In this document: positions 32,108 through 43,559 of the stretch, in pieces | Layout: each line of letters begins with the position of its first letter | Position numbering within the stretch: the stretch's first letter is position 1 | Origin: Eledone cirrhosa | Lineage: Eukaryota | Reading direction: 5' to 3' | DNA: 64,000 nucleotides | Assembly (NCBI GenBank): GCA_964016885.1 | Contig: OZ024745.1 | Span: 23,560,001-23,624,000 of the forward strand | Made by a program: the position numbers and the translations under genes | Notes under the pieces: model-generated | The model's input: the letters and a program-made list of their open reading frames with translations, nothing else | Databases searched by the model: none | What the model was told of the DNA's origin: nothing

Positions 32108-32309
32108 TACGAGAGCCGGTTGAAAAGTTCAGAGGCTGACCAAGATACTCTCATAGAATGACCAAATGAGGTTTATTTTTCAACATAGCCCCTGGAAAGA
32201 AACAATTGTGTTATTAATAAGAAAAGGTAAAGTCAATGCATGCCACATTTCACAGCGCTAACATCGCTCCTTCATAGTCAACCAATGAACTTTTCAGCCG
32301 ACCCTCGTA
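32108..32309 (+). mobile_element. Tc1/mariner-type MITE inserted at a TA inside a minus-strand SINE (about 32035-32362)
   Basis: TIRs TAcgagagccggttgaaaagttca / tgaacttttcagccgaccctcgTA; SINE halves on both sides. Confidence 0.82.
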
Positions 32310-32675
32310 CTCTGCAAGGCATTATGTGATAAGCTCTAAAAACTCCACCAATTCACCGCCTTGTTTATTTATTTATATACACATTTTTAAGAGATCGATT
32401 GAAGCATCGATTAAAAGGGAATAATATAAGGACAGGTGATTGAGAGCTTTTCTGACGGGATAAGGAAAGTTTGAATATCATTTGATATATAATAAATTAA
32501 TGGCTTCGGTTAATGAAAGAGGAATTGGTTAACTTAATGGAATTTAAAGAATCTATGCTTGTACTGAAATTGAAACGACTGACAATTTTACGGCTTATAT
32601 TTTTGATCTTAGGGGATAAGCTTCGCATTCCGAACGAAACACCCTTGCTACCAGATGTGTGTTCACATTAGTCAT

Positions 32676-32746
<71 letters not shown>

Positions 32747-32748
<2 letters not shown>

Positions 32749-32922
32749 CGAAGGAAATGTGGTAAGGAACCAGGTGGACCATAACGCACCAAAGTACTCA
32801 ATACTTAGGGTGGTAGAGTGGGTAATAGGAACAAGTAAGACCCCGACGGCTGAGCTCAAGCCGTTTCGACGGCTAATTCTGGACGAAACGGCTTGAGCTC
32901 AGCCGTCGGGGTCTTACTTGTT

Positions 32923-32927
<5 letters not shown>
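32747..32927 (-). mobile_element. Short fold-back element in (TA)n, same family as 51625-52131
   Basis: 44-bp arms 32825-32868 / 32884-32927; 32747-32884 is the reverse complement of about 51995-52131. Confidence 0.85.
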
Positions 32928-32979
<52 letters not shown>

Positions 32980-33225
32980 ATAATAATAAATTTGAAGACT
33001 AAAATCCAAAGAGGGCTCGATAAGGATAAATATATATAAAATATATAAGAACCGTAGAGCAAATATTTATTAAAATAACAGATTAAAGTTTAAGCAAAGA
33101 ATCGCTGCTTTCACCCTTAACGGGATTTTCTGAAACTAACAAAGTCAATCTGTGAACGCGGAAGTGAATATTTCAAAAAACGTTGCAACCGGAGGAAGAC
33201 AGGAAGACGATACTTTGGTTCGTGG

Positions 33226-33670
33226 AAACGTTCGCTGGCAAAGAACGGGAAAAAACGAATATAATACGTCATTATTTGGAGCGGTGAAAAACAATTACAC
33301 GCAAAGACAAAACCACGTTTATGGTATAAAAGAAGTCCTAGACTAATATTCTATTATATATAAACTTTATTGTGTTGTATCAGATGAAAGAATGGTATTT
33401 AACTAATGTATTGGTACGCGATGGGGCCCACCCACAGAAATGAAACAATATTCTATTAGGTGGTTCATAGAGACGTTCTCTGGCAATGAACGGAAAAAAC
33501 GAAGATAATACGTCATATGTTTTTTCCGTTCATTGCCAGAGAACGTCTCTATGAACCACCTAATAGAATATTAGTCTACGACTTCTTTTATACCATAAAC
33601 GTGGTTTTGTCTTTGCGTGTAATTGTTTTTCACCGCTCCAAATAATGACGTATTATATTCGTTTTTTCTC
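33226..33670. repeat. Nested inverted and direct repeats (rearranged fold-back element)
   Basis: 33257-33352 inverted to 33568-33668; 33449-33500 inverted to 33519-33571; 33226-33272 direct to 33473-33515. Confidence 0.75.
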
Positions 33671-33905
33671 GTTCTGAAACATAAACACAATTGTCAATTT
33701 TAAGTCTAATATATCTCGATAGGTAAAAAAAGTAAATGTTAAAATTTCAAAAAAACCCAGAGAATATAGAGCAAAACTAATTTAAAATTTGAAATCAGCA
33801 CAAAAATTTAAACTAGAAACAGTGAAAAAAATCTCATGCACCAGTAAAAATAACAAATTGTTATTGATATACATTTTCTATGTAGAGATTAAAACTAAAG
33901 TTAGA

Positions 33906-33966
<61 letters not shown>

Positions 33967-34017
33967 TGTGTGGGTGTGTGTCTGTGTGTGTCTGTGTAGG
34001 TGTGGATGTGTGTGTGT

Positions 34018-34072
<55 letters not shown>

Positions 34073-34680
34073 TGTGTGTGTAACTATAATTTGAATGTGT
34101 CTGCACATATGAACACGCATATCTAATGAGATGTCGAAGAAGAGTTGGGACCCGGTCATTATGAACGTACCCTGATCGATATTGAAGCGATTGTAATATG
34201 TCAATAAAATTTATATACATGCTACGATAGTGATGATTTCGACCCTTCTTATATATATATATATAAAAATATACAAATTTTAGAACAGCATTAACGAAGC
34301 TCTAGTTCGCGGCCAAGCTAACGAATGCAAATTCGGTCTGTAGCTTTAACACTCGCATGGGGAAAAGTACCCCAGAGTAATAACAATACGTTTAGACAGC
34401 TTAGCAAATCAAATATAGCGATCGGCAGTCCAGCCGCATCACCAGAGCAACGAAAATACAGGACTCAGGAAAAGATATATATATACACATACACACTTAT
34501 ATGCAAACATACATAAAATATATACATATTTTATACAAATTGGATTTTGTATGGGTTTCTGCTGGTGTGTGTGTGTGCTCATCTGTGTGTATGTGTGTGC
34601 TCATCTGTGTGTATGTGTGTGCTCATCTGTGTGTATACTTTGCAAAAGCCTTCCAACTTACAAGCATCACTGTCACCATC

Positions 34681-34745
<65 letters not shown>

Positions 34746-34781
34746 GCACACATACACATATATATGTACACACACTCACAT

Positions 34782-34818
<37 letters not shown>

Positions 34819-35056
34819 TACATATATATATATATACACACCATAGTGCTACGTCAGTAAACATCACCAGGACTCTTACACTGAACAGGATGTGAGCTGC
34901 TATATCCGGTACAAGAGAAAAATGCCGACAACTCTGCTGCGCGTTTTATATCAACTTCCGGTCTAGTGGCCGATAAGACAAACCAGGTGGGTATTTAGAG
35001 TGTATACTGAAAATATGATGCGTTTTGGTGTGCGTGTGGAAGTGTGTATGTGTGTG

Positions 35057-35425
35057 CGTGTATGTATATGTATGTACATGCGTATATGTATATGTATGTA
35101 CATGCGTGTATATATATGTATGTACATGCGTGTATGCATATGTATGTACATGCGTGTATGTATATGTATGTACATGCGTGTATATATATGTATGTACATG
35201 CGTGTATGTATATGTATGTACATGCGTGTATGTACATGCGTATATGTATATGTATGTACATGCGTGTATGTATATGTATGTACATGCGTGTATGTATATG
35301 TATGTACATGCGTGTATGTATATGTATGTACATGCGCGTATGTATATGTATGCACATGCGTGTATGTATATGTATGTACATGCGTATATGCATATCTATG
35401 CACATGCGTGTATGTATATGTATGT
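35057..35425. repeat. 24-bp minisatellite gtatgtatatgtatgtacatgcgt
   Basis: About 15 copies by direct reading. Confidence 0.9.
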
Positions 35426-35807
35426 ATATGTTTGTACATATGCTTGTAAAGTGCATACATAAATGTGAATGTATATCAGTAAGTTTAAGTGTGCAAGTGT
35501 TTATTTGTCGTATGTTGTATGTGTACTTCTATAAGACTATATAAATGTTTGCATATACTTGTATATATTATATATATTAGAGGGTATATACAAACATGTA
35601 AACATATATATCTAAACGAAAAAAAGGTTTCTCCCTCTGTCTCTCTCAGTCTCCACTCTCACTCTCTCTCTATCCCTGTCTCTCTTCCTCAATCTCTTTA
35701 TACCAACACACACTCACATTTATATATACATATAAATAGAGAGAGAGAGAGAGAAAGAGAGAGGGTGGAATGTAAGAGAGAGAGAGACTGTTTCGTTATA
35801 TATATAT

Positions 35808-36232
35808 ATATATTAATAAATGGAAACTATATTTATAAAACCATATTTATTTTATTATACATATTTCAAGGGTAACCAAGGCAAATTATGGTGCGCTTTC
35901 ATCAGATAAAATACAGATTTGTTTTATAAATAAATATTGACATACCCAGAAAAAAAAAGACATCCTTAACGGTTGGAGCTTCCTGGTATACCTTTCCGGG
36001 TATGTCAATATTTATTTATAAAACAAATCTGTATTTTATCTGATGAAAGCGCTCCATAATGTGCCTTGGTTGCCCTTGAAATATGTATAATAAAATAAAT
36101 ATGGTTTTATAAATATAGTTTCCATTTATTAATATATTGTGTATTTACTCCACTAAACAGTTGAGTGCTTTATATCAGTTATAAACATTTTTAAGCTTGT
36201 TGAATCCCAACAAATTAAATATAACCTCTGCA
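35808..36232 (+). mobile_element. Fold-back element in (TA)n: about 145-bp arms, about 95-bp tail, degenerate hammerhead
   Basis: 35808-35953 inverted to 35993-36137; CTGATGA aag...ctt GAAAT at GTA at about 36040-36090; a second copy of the arm at 53676-53818. Confidence 0.8.
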
Positions 36233-36263
36233 TATATATATATATTAATATTTATTTCGCATA

Positions 36264-36330
<67 letters not shown>

Positions 36331-36491
36331 ATGAATTAGTATGGAAATCTACACATATATGCACACACATACACGCACTCACTCACCCACGTAAGCATAT
36401 ATCTTTATCTATATCTATATCTTTATAATGCTTCCTGTCTACAAATATTCACCTATATACGTATATGTGCTTTTATACACACACACACACG

Positions 36492-36600
<109 letters not shown>

Positions 36601-36629
36601 CTATGTATACATATATATATGTACATGTG

Positions 36630-36661
<32 letters not shown>

Positions 36662-36687
36662 TAAGGAAAAAAAGATGAAATCGAAAA

Positions 36688-36723
<36 letters not shown>

Positions 36724-36750
36724 TTTTCGATTTCATCTTTTTTTCCTTAT
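36662..36750. repeat. Mini-palindrome with about 29-bp arms around (TA)n
   Basis: Arm taaggaaaaaaagatgaaatcgaaaatgca matches the outer end of the 19289 arm. Confidence 0.8.
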
Positions 36751-36922
36751 ATATATATATATATACATATATATTTATATATATATGTATATATATACAT
36801 ATATATATATACACATGTACATATATATATGTACATATATATATATATAGAGATAGATATATATGTAAGTATATATATATATATGTGTGTGTGTGTGTGC
36901 GCGCGTGCGTGCGTGTGTGTGT

Positions 36923-36973
<51 letters not shown>

Positions 36974-37523
36974 TGTGTGTGTGTGCGTGTGCGTGTTTGA
37001 TAGATAGACCTTAAGTAATTCAGGTGTAATTGACAGCCGAACCACTGATGGAGAATTGCAGAGATGATGACGGCGAGGATAATGACATCGGTTGTGATGG
37101 TGGTGGCGGTGTGAAGGGGGGGGGGGGCGACTGTGATGGTCTGGTGGTGGTGTGAGGGGTGTGGGGTGTGTGCCGACTGTGATGGTCTGGTGGTGGTGTG
37201 AGGGGTGTGGGGGTGTGCCGACTGTGATGGTCTGGTGGTGGTGTGGTGGGGTTGGAGTGGTGTGGTGGGTGTGGTGGTGTGATGGGGGTGGTGGCCCGGT
37301 GGTGGTGTGCTGGGGATGAAGTGGTGTGGTGGATGTGATGGTGTGACGGGGGTGGAGTGGTGTGGTGACTGTGGTGGTCTGGTGGTGGTGTGATGGGATG
37401 GTGTGATGTGGTGGCTGTGAAGCTGTGACGGGGTTGGTGTGACAGGAACTGATTGGTGGACAAAACCAAAGAAAGAAAGGTACAATGGGGAAACAGAGTA
37501 TAACTGACTGAGAGAGAGGGGTA

Positions 37524-37556
<33 letters not shown>

Positions 37557-38235
37557 TGAGTGAGAGAGAGAGAGGGAAAGAGAGAGAGTGAGAGAGAGAG
37601 TGAGAGAGGGAGGTGAGGATAAGACGTATGGTGGCGGATGGTCCAACGTCGTAGTTTCTTCTGTCTCTTTCTCCCACACTCACTCTCTCTCCCCACTCTC
37701 TCTCTCTCTCACTTCCTCCTTCTCTCCCTTACTCTCTCACTTCCGCCCCTCCCCTCACTCTCTCACTTCCCCTTCTCTCCTTCACTCTCTCACTTCCGCC
37801 CCCTTCACTCTCTCACTTCCCCCTTCTCCCCTGTCCATCTGCCTGTCTCTCTAGCAATTAAGAGTGTACTTAGGTCAAACGCAATTGCTTGTATTAGTAG
37901 CAGTAGTAGTAGTGGTGGTGGTAGCCGTAGTAGTATTGATGGTGGTACTAGTAGTGGTGATGGTGGTGGTGGTAGTAGTAGTGTTGATGGTGGTAGCGGT
38001 GGTGTTGGTGATAGTACCTCTAGTGGTGATGGCTGTAAGTGGTAGTGGTAACGGTATTGGGGATGATAGTGGTGCTATAGGTGTTGGTGGTGGTGGTGTT
38101 GTTGTTGGTGGTGGTGGTAATGTGGGGGGGGGGGGGGGGGGCAGTGATGGTGGTGGTATTGGTGTTGTGAGTGAGAAGTATGTGGTAGTGTATGTGGTGG
38201 TATGATTTGTAGTATAAGTGATAGTAAGAGTAGTA

Positions 38236-38860
38236 ATAATTGTTTCTACTTTTGGTACAAGGTCATCAATTATCTCAGTGTATTACTGGTACTTTATTTT
38301 ATCGACTCCGTAAAGATGGAAGGCAAAGTTAACCATAAAGGGCCGTAAATCTTTGCTGCAAGAGTAGTAATAATAGTATGGTAGTAGTATTAGCAATACT
38401 GTAGTTGGTGTTGTGTGGTGGCTATCATGCCTGATGATGACGATATAGTTAGTAATATAAAGGTTGTCACTGGTAATGCTGTTAATACTAGCTTTTTTTT
38501 AGCCACTGTGGGACTATTCGTAGTTGTATTCGTAGTGTTAATTTGTTGTAGTGTTGGTACTGGTGGTGGTGATGGTAGAAATAACAGTGTGGTTGGTGGG
38601 ACTATTATTGTAGTCGTGGTTCTGTTAGTGGTGGTTTCATTAGAATTAGTGAAGTCGGTAGAGCGTCGGACATATATGTCTTGTAGTAATCCTTCCAGCT
38701 CTTTATGTTCTGTGTTCAAAATATATCCTTAATCAACTTTTCCTTTCATCCTTTCAGGATTGCTAAAATAAAGTAAAAATATAATATTGCGATTAATTTA
38801 AACAACTTGCCACTCCCCCAGAATTTCCGGCCTTGGGCCCTTTGTTGGAAAGAAATATTA
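38236..38860. mobile_element. Two SINE family A copies (38236-38362 minus, about 38630-38860 plus)
   Basis: Family core motifs, diverged. Confidence 0.7.
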
Positions 38861-38899
38861 GCATTAGTGGAAGGCGGTGGATTGGCAGACTCGTTAGAA

Positions 38900-41800
38900 C
38901 AGCGTTTCTCAACATTTTTACCCTTGAGGAACCCTTAAAATAGTTTTCATATCTCAGGGAACCCTTACATAAAAAGTATTGTGCACCATTATCAATATAT
39001 ACAGCTTTTAGAGGTTGAAGCCTTTATTATAATAACCAAGGGTTTTCCACTAAAATGCCGTACCTGTTTAGTAAAATTACGAATATAAAATTAAACTAAA
39101 ATACATTAGTTTATTTATCAGTTTCTCGCGCCATCCCTAGCAACGTCTTACAGAATCCTAAAGTGCTCGCGCCATCCCTAGCAACGTCTTACAGAATCCT
39201 AAAGTTCTCGCGCCATCCCTAGCAACGTCTTACAGAATCCTAAAGTGCTCGCGCCATCCCTAGCAACGTCTTACAGAATCCTAAAGTTCTCGCGCCATCC
39301 CTAGCAACGTCTTACAGAATCCTAAAGTTCTCGCGCCATCCCTAGCAACGTCTTACAGAATCCTAAAGTGCTCGCGCCATCCCTAGCAACGTCTTACAGA
39401 ATCCTAAAGTGCTCGCGCCATCCCTAGCAACGTCTTACAGAATCCTAAAGTTCTCGCGCCATCCCTAGCAACGTCTTACAGAATCCTAGAGTTCTCGCGC
39501 CATCCCTAGCAACGTCTTACAGAATCCTAAAGTTCTCGCGCCATCCCTAGCAACGTCTTACAGAATCCTAGAGTTCTCGCGCCATCCCTAGCAACGTCTT
39601 ACAGAATCCTAAAGTGCTCGCGCCATCCCTAGCAACGTCTTACAGAATCCTAAAGTGCTCGCGCCATCCCTAGCAACGTCTTACAGAATCCTAAAGTGCT
39701 CGCGCCATCCCTAGCAACGTCTTACAGAATCCTAAAGTGCTCGCGCCATCCCTAGCAACGTCTTACAGAATCCTAGAGTTCTCGCGCCATCCCTAGCAAC
39801 GTCTTACAGAATCCTAAAGTGCTCGCGCCATCCCTAGCAACGTCTTACAGAATCCTAAAGTGCTCGCGCCATCCCTAGCAACGTCTTACAGAATCCTAGA
39901 GTTCTCGCGCCATCCCTAGCAACGTCTTACAGAATCCTAAAGTTCTCGCGCCATCCCTAGCAACGTCTTACAGAATCCTAAAGTGCTCGCGCCATCCCTA
40001 GCAACGTCTTACAGAATCCTAAAGTGCTCGCGCCATCCCTAGCAACGTCTTACAGAATCATAAAGTGCTCGCGCCATCCCTAGCAACGTCTTACAGAATC
40101 CTAAAGTGCTCGCGCCATCCCTAGCAACGTCTTACAGAATCCTAAAGTGCTCGCGCCATCCCTAGCAACCTCTTACAGAATCCTAAAGTTCTCGCGCCAT
40201 CCCTAGCAACGTCTTACAGAATCCTAAAGTGCTCGCGCCATCCCTAGCAACCTCTTACAGAATCCTAAAGTTCTCGCACCATCCCTAGCAACGTCTTACA
40301 GAATCCTAAAGTGCTCGCGCCATCCCTAGCAACGTCTTACAGAATCATAAAGTGCTCGCGCCATCCCTAGCAACGTCTTACAGAATCCTAGAGTTCTCGC
40401 GCCATCCCTAGCAACGTCTTACAGAATCCTAGAGTTCTCGCGCCATCCCGAGCAACGTCTTACAGAATCCTAAAGTGCTCGCACCATCCCTAGCAACGTC
40501 TTACAGAATCCTAAAGTTCTCGCACCATCCCTAGCAACGTCTTACAGAATCCTAAAGTTCTCGCACCATCCCTAGCAACGTCTTACAGAATCCTAAAGTT
40601 CTCGCGCCATCCCTAGCAACGTCTTACAGAATCCTAAAGTGCTCGCGCCATCCCTAGCAACCTCTTACAGAATCCTAAAGTTCTCGCACCATCCCTAGCA
40701 ACGTCTTACAGAATCCTAAAGTGCTCGCGCCATCCCTAGCAACGTCTTACAGAATCCTAAAGTTCTCGCACCATCCCTAGCAACGTCTTACAGAATCCTA
40801 AAGTTCTCGCACCATCCCTAGCAACGTCTTACAGAATCCTAAAGTTCTCGCGCCATCCCTAGCAACCTCTTACAGAATCCTAAAGTTCTCGCACCATCCC
40901 TAGCAACGTCTTACAGAATCCTAAAGTTCTCGCACCATCCCTAGCAACGTCTTACAGAATCCTAAAGTGCTCGCACCATCCCTAGCAACGTCTTACAGAA
41001 TCCTAGAGTTCTCGCGCCATCCCTAGCAACGTCTTACAGAATCCTAAAGTTCTCGCGCCATCCCTAGCAACGTCTTACAGAATCCTAGAGTTCTCGCGCC
41101 ATCCCTAGCAACGTCTTACAGAATCCTAAAGTGCTCGCGCCATCCCTAGCAACGTCTTACAGAATCCTAAAGTTCTCGCGCCATCCCTAGCAACGTCTTA
41201 CAGAATCCTAGAGTTCTCGCGCCATCCCTAGCAACGTCTTACAGAATCCTAAAGTGCTCGCGCCATCCCTAGCAACGTCTTACAGAATCCTAAAGTGCTC
41301 GCACCATCCCTAGCAACGTCTTACAGAATCCTAGAGTTCTCGCGCCATCCCTAGCAACGTCTTACAGAATCCTAAAGTTCTCGCGCCATCCCTAGCAACG
41401 TCTTACAGAATCCTAGAGTTCTCGCGCCATCCCTAGCAACGTCTTACAGAATCCTAAAGTGCTCGCGCCATCCCTAGCAACGTCTTACAGAATCCTAAAG
41501 TTCTCGCGCCATCCCTAGCAACGTCTTACAGAATCCTAGAGTTCTCGCGCCATCCCTAGCAACGTCTTACAGAATCCTAAAGTGCTCGCGCCATCCCTAG
41601 CAACGTCTTACAGAATCCTAAAGTGCTCGCACCATCCCTAGCAACGTCTTACAGAATCCTAGAGTTCTCGCGCCATCCCTAGCAACGTCTTACAGAATCC
41701 TAAAGTTCTCGCGCCATCCCTAGCAACGTCTTACAGAATCCTAGAGTTCTCGCGCCATCCCTAGCAACGTCTTACAGAATCCTAAAGTGCTCGCGCCATC

Positions 41801-43192
41801 CCTAGCAACGTCTTACAGAATCCTAAAGTGCTCGCGCCATCCCTAGCAACGTCTTACAGAATCCTAAAGTGCTCGCGCCATCCCTAGCAACGTCTTACAG
41901 AATCCTAAAGTGCTCGCGCCATCCCTAGCAACGTCTTACAGAATCATAAAGTGCTCGCGCCATCCCTAGCAACGTCTTACAGAATCATAAAGTGCTCGCG
42001 CCATCCCTAGCAACGTCTTACAGAATCCTAAAGTGCTCGCGCCATCCCTAGCAACGTCTTACAGAATCCTAAAGTGCTCGCGCCATCCCTAGCAACGTCT
42101 TACAGAATCCTAGAGTTCTCGCGCCATCCCTAGCAACGTCTTACAGAATCCTAGAGTTCTCGCGCCATCCCTAGCAACGTCTTACAGAATCCTAGAGTTC
42201 TCGCGCCATCCCTAGCAACGTCTTACAGAATCCTAAAGTTCTCGCACCATCCCTAGCAACGTCTTACAGAATCCTAAAGTGCTCGCACCATCCCTAGCAA
42301 CGTCTTACAGAATCCTAAAGTGCTCGCGCCATCCCTAGCAACGTCTTACAGAATCATAAAGTGCTCGCGCCATCCCTAGCAACGTCTTACAGAATCCTAG
42401 AGTTCTCGCGCCATCCCTAGCAACGTCTTACAGAATCCTAAAGTGCTCGCGCCATCCCTAGCAACGTCTTACAGAATCCTAGAGTTCTCGCGCCATCCCT
42501 AGCAACGTCTTACAGAATCCTAGAGTTCTCGCGCCATCCCTAGCAACGTCTTACAGAATCCTAGAGTTCTCGCGCCATCCCTAGCAACGTCTTACAGAAT
42601 CCTAAAGTGCTCGCGCCATCCCTAGCAACGTCTTACAGAATCCTAAAGTTCTCGCACCATCCCTAGCAACGTCTTACAGAATCCTAAAGTTCTCGCACCA
42701 TCCCTAGCAACGTCTTACAGAATCCTAAAGTTCTCGCGCCATCCCTAGCAACGTCTTACAGAATCCTAAAGTGCTCGCGCCATCCCTAGCAACCTCTTAC
42801 AGAATCCTAAAGTTCTCGCACCATCCCTAGCAACGTCTTACAGAATCCTAAAGTTCTCGCACCATCCCTAGCAACGTCTTACAGAATCCTAAAGTGCTCG
42901 CGCCATCCCTAGCAACGTCTTACAGAATCCTAGAGTTCTCGCGCCATCCCTAGCAACGTCTTACAGAATCCTAGAGTTCTCGCGCCATCCCTAGCAACGT
43001 CTTACAGAACCCTAAAGTTCTCGCGCCATCCCTAGCAACCTCTTACAGAATCCTAAAGTGCTCGCGCCATCCCTAGCAACGTCTTACAGAATCGTAAAGT
43101 TCTCGCGCCATCCCTAGCAACGTCTTACAGAACCCTAGAGCTCTCGCGCCATCCCTAGCAACGTCTGGGGTAGCACCAGTTGAGGAATGTTA
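38900..43192 (+). mobile_element. hAT (Charlie-like) MITE expanded to 4.3 kb by an internal satellite
   Basis: TIRs cagcgtttctcaac / gttgaggaatgtta (10/14); 8-bp TSD cgttagaa (38892) / cgttagac (43193). Confidence 0.78.
39121..43166. repeat. 41-bp satellite, about 98 copies
   Basis: Unit gttctcgcgccatccctagcaacgtcttacagaatcctaaa with a few recurrent variants. Confidence 0.98.
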
Positions 43193-43552
43193 CGTTAGAC
43201 AATCGGACAAATGCGTAAAAGTTTTTTTTTTGTCTCTTTAAATTCTGAGTTCAAATCCCGCCGTGGTCAAATTTGCCTCTCATCCTTCCAAGTGCCGTTG
43301 ATACAATAAAGTACCAGTTAAATACTGGTGTCAATATAATCGACTTTCCTCTTCCACCAAATTGGTAGATTTGGCAGTATCGGTAGAGCGCCAGACACCA
43401 TGCTTTGCAGCATAGTTATGGCCCTTTGCGTTCTGAGTTCAAATCCTCCGAGGTTAACTTTGCCTTTCATCCTTACGAGGTCGATAAAATACAGTACCAG
43501 TGATGCACTGGGGTAATCACTGGCCTTGTGCCAAATGTAGAAACAATTATTA
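43193..43552 (+). mobile_element. Remainder of the split SINE (head at 38868-38899) plus a second full SINE A (43364-43552)
   Basis: Head ggaaggcggtggattggcagactcgttag resumes after the TSD; B box at 43248. Confidence 0.82.
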
Positions 43553-43559
43553 GTATCAG

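Noticed and set aside
39121-43166. CRISPR-like array
   Set aside because: Units are head-to-tail with no unique spacers, there are no cas genes, and the context is eukaryotic; the same applies to the 42- and 47-bp arrays
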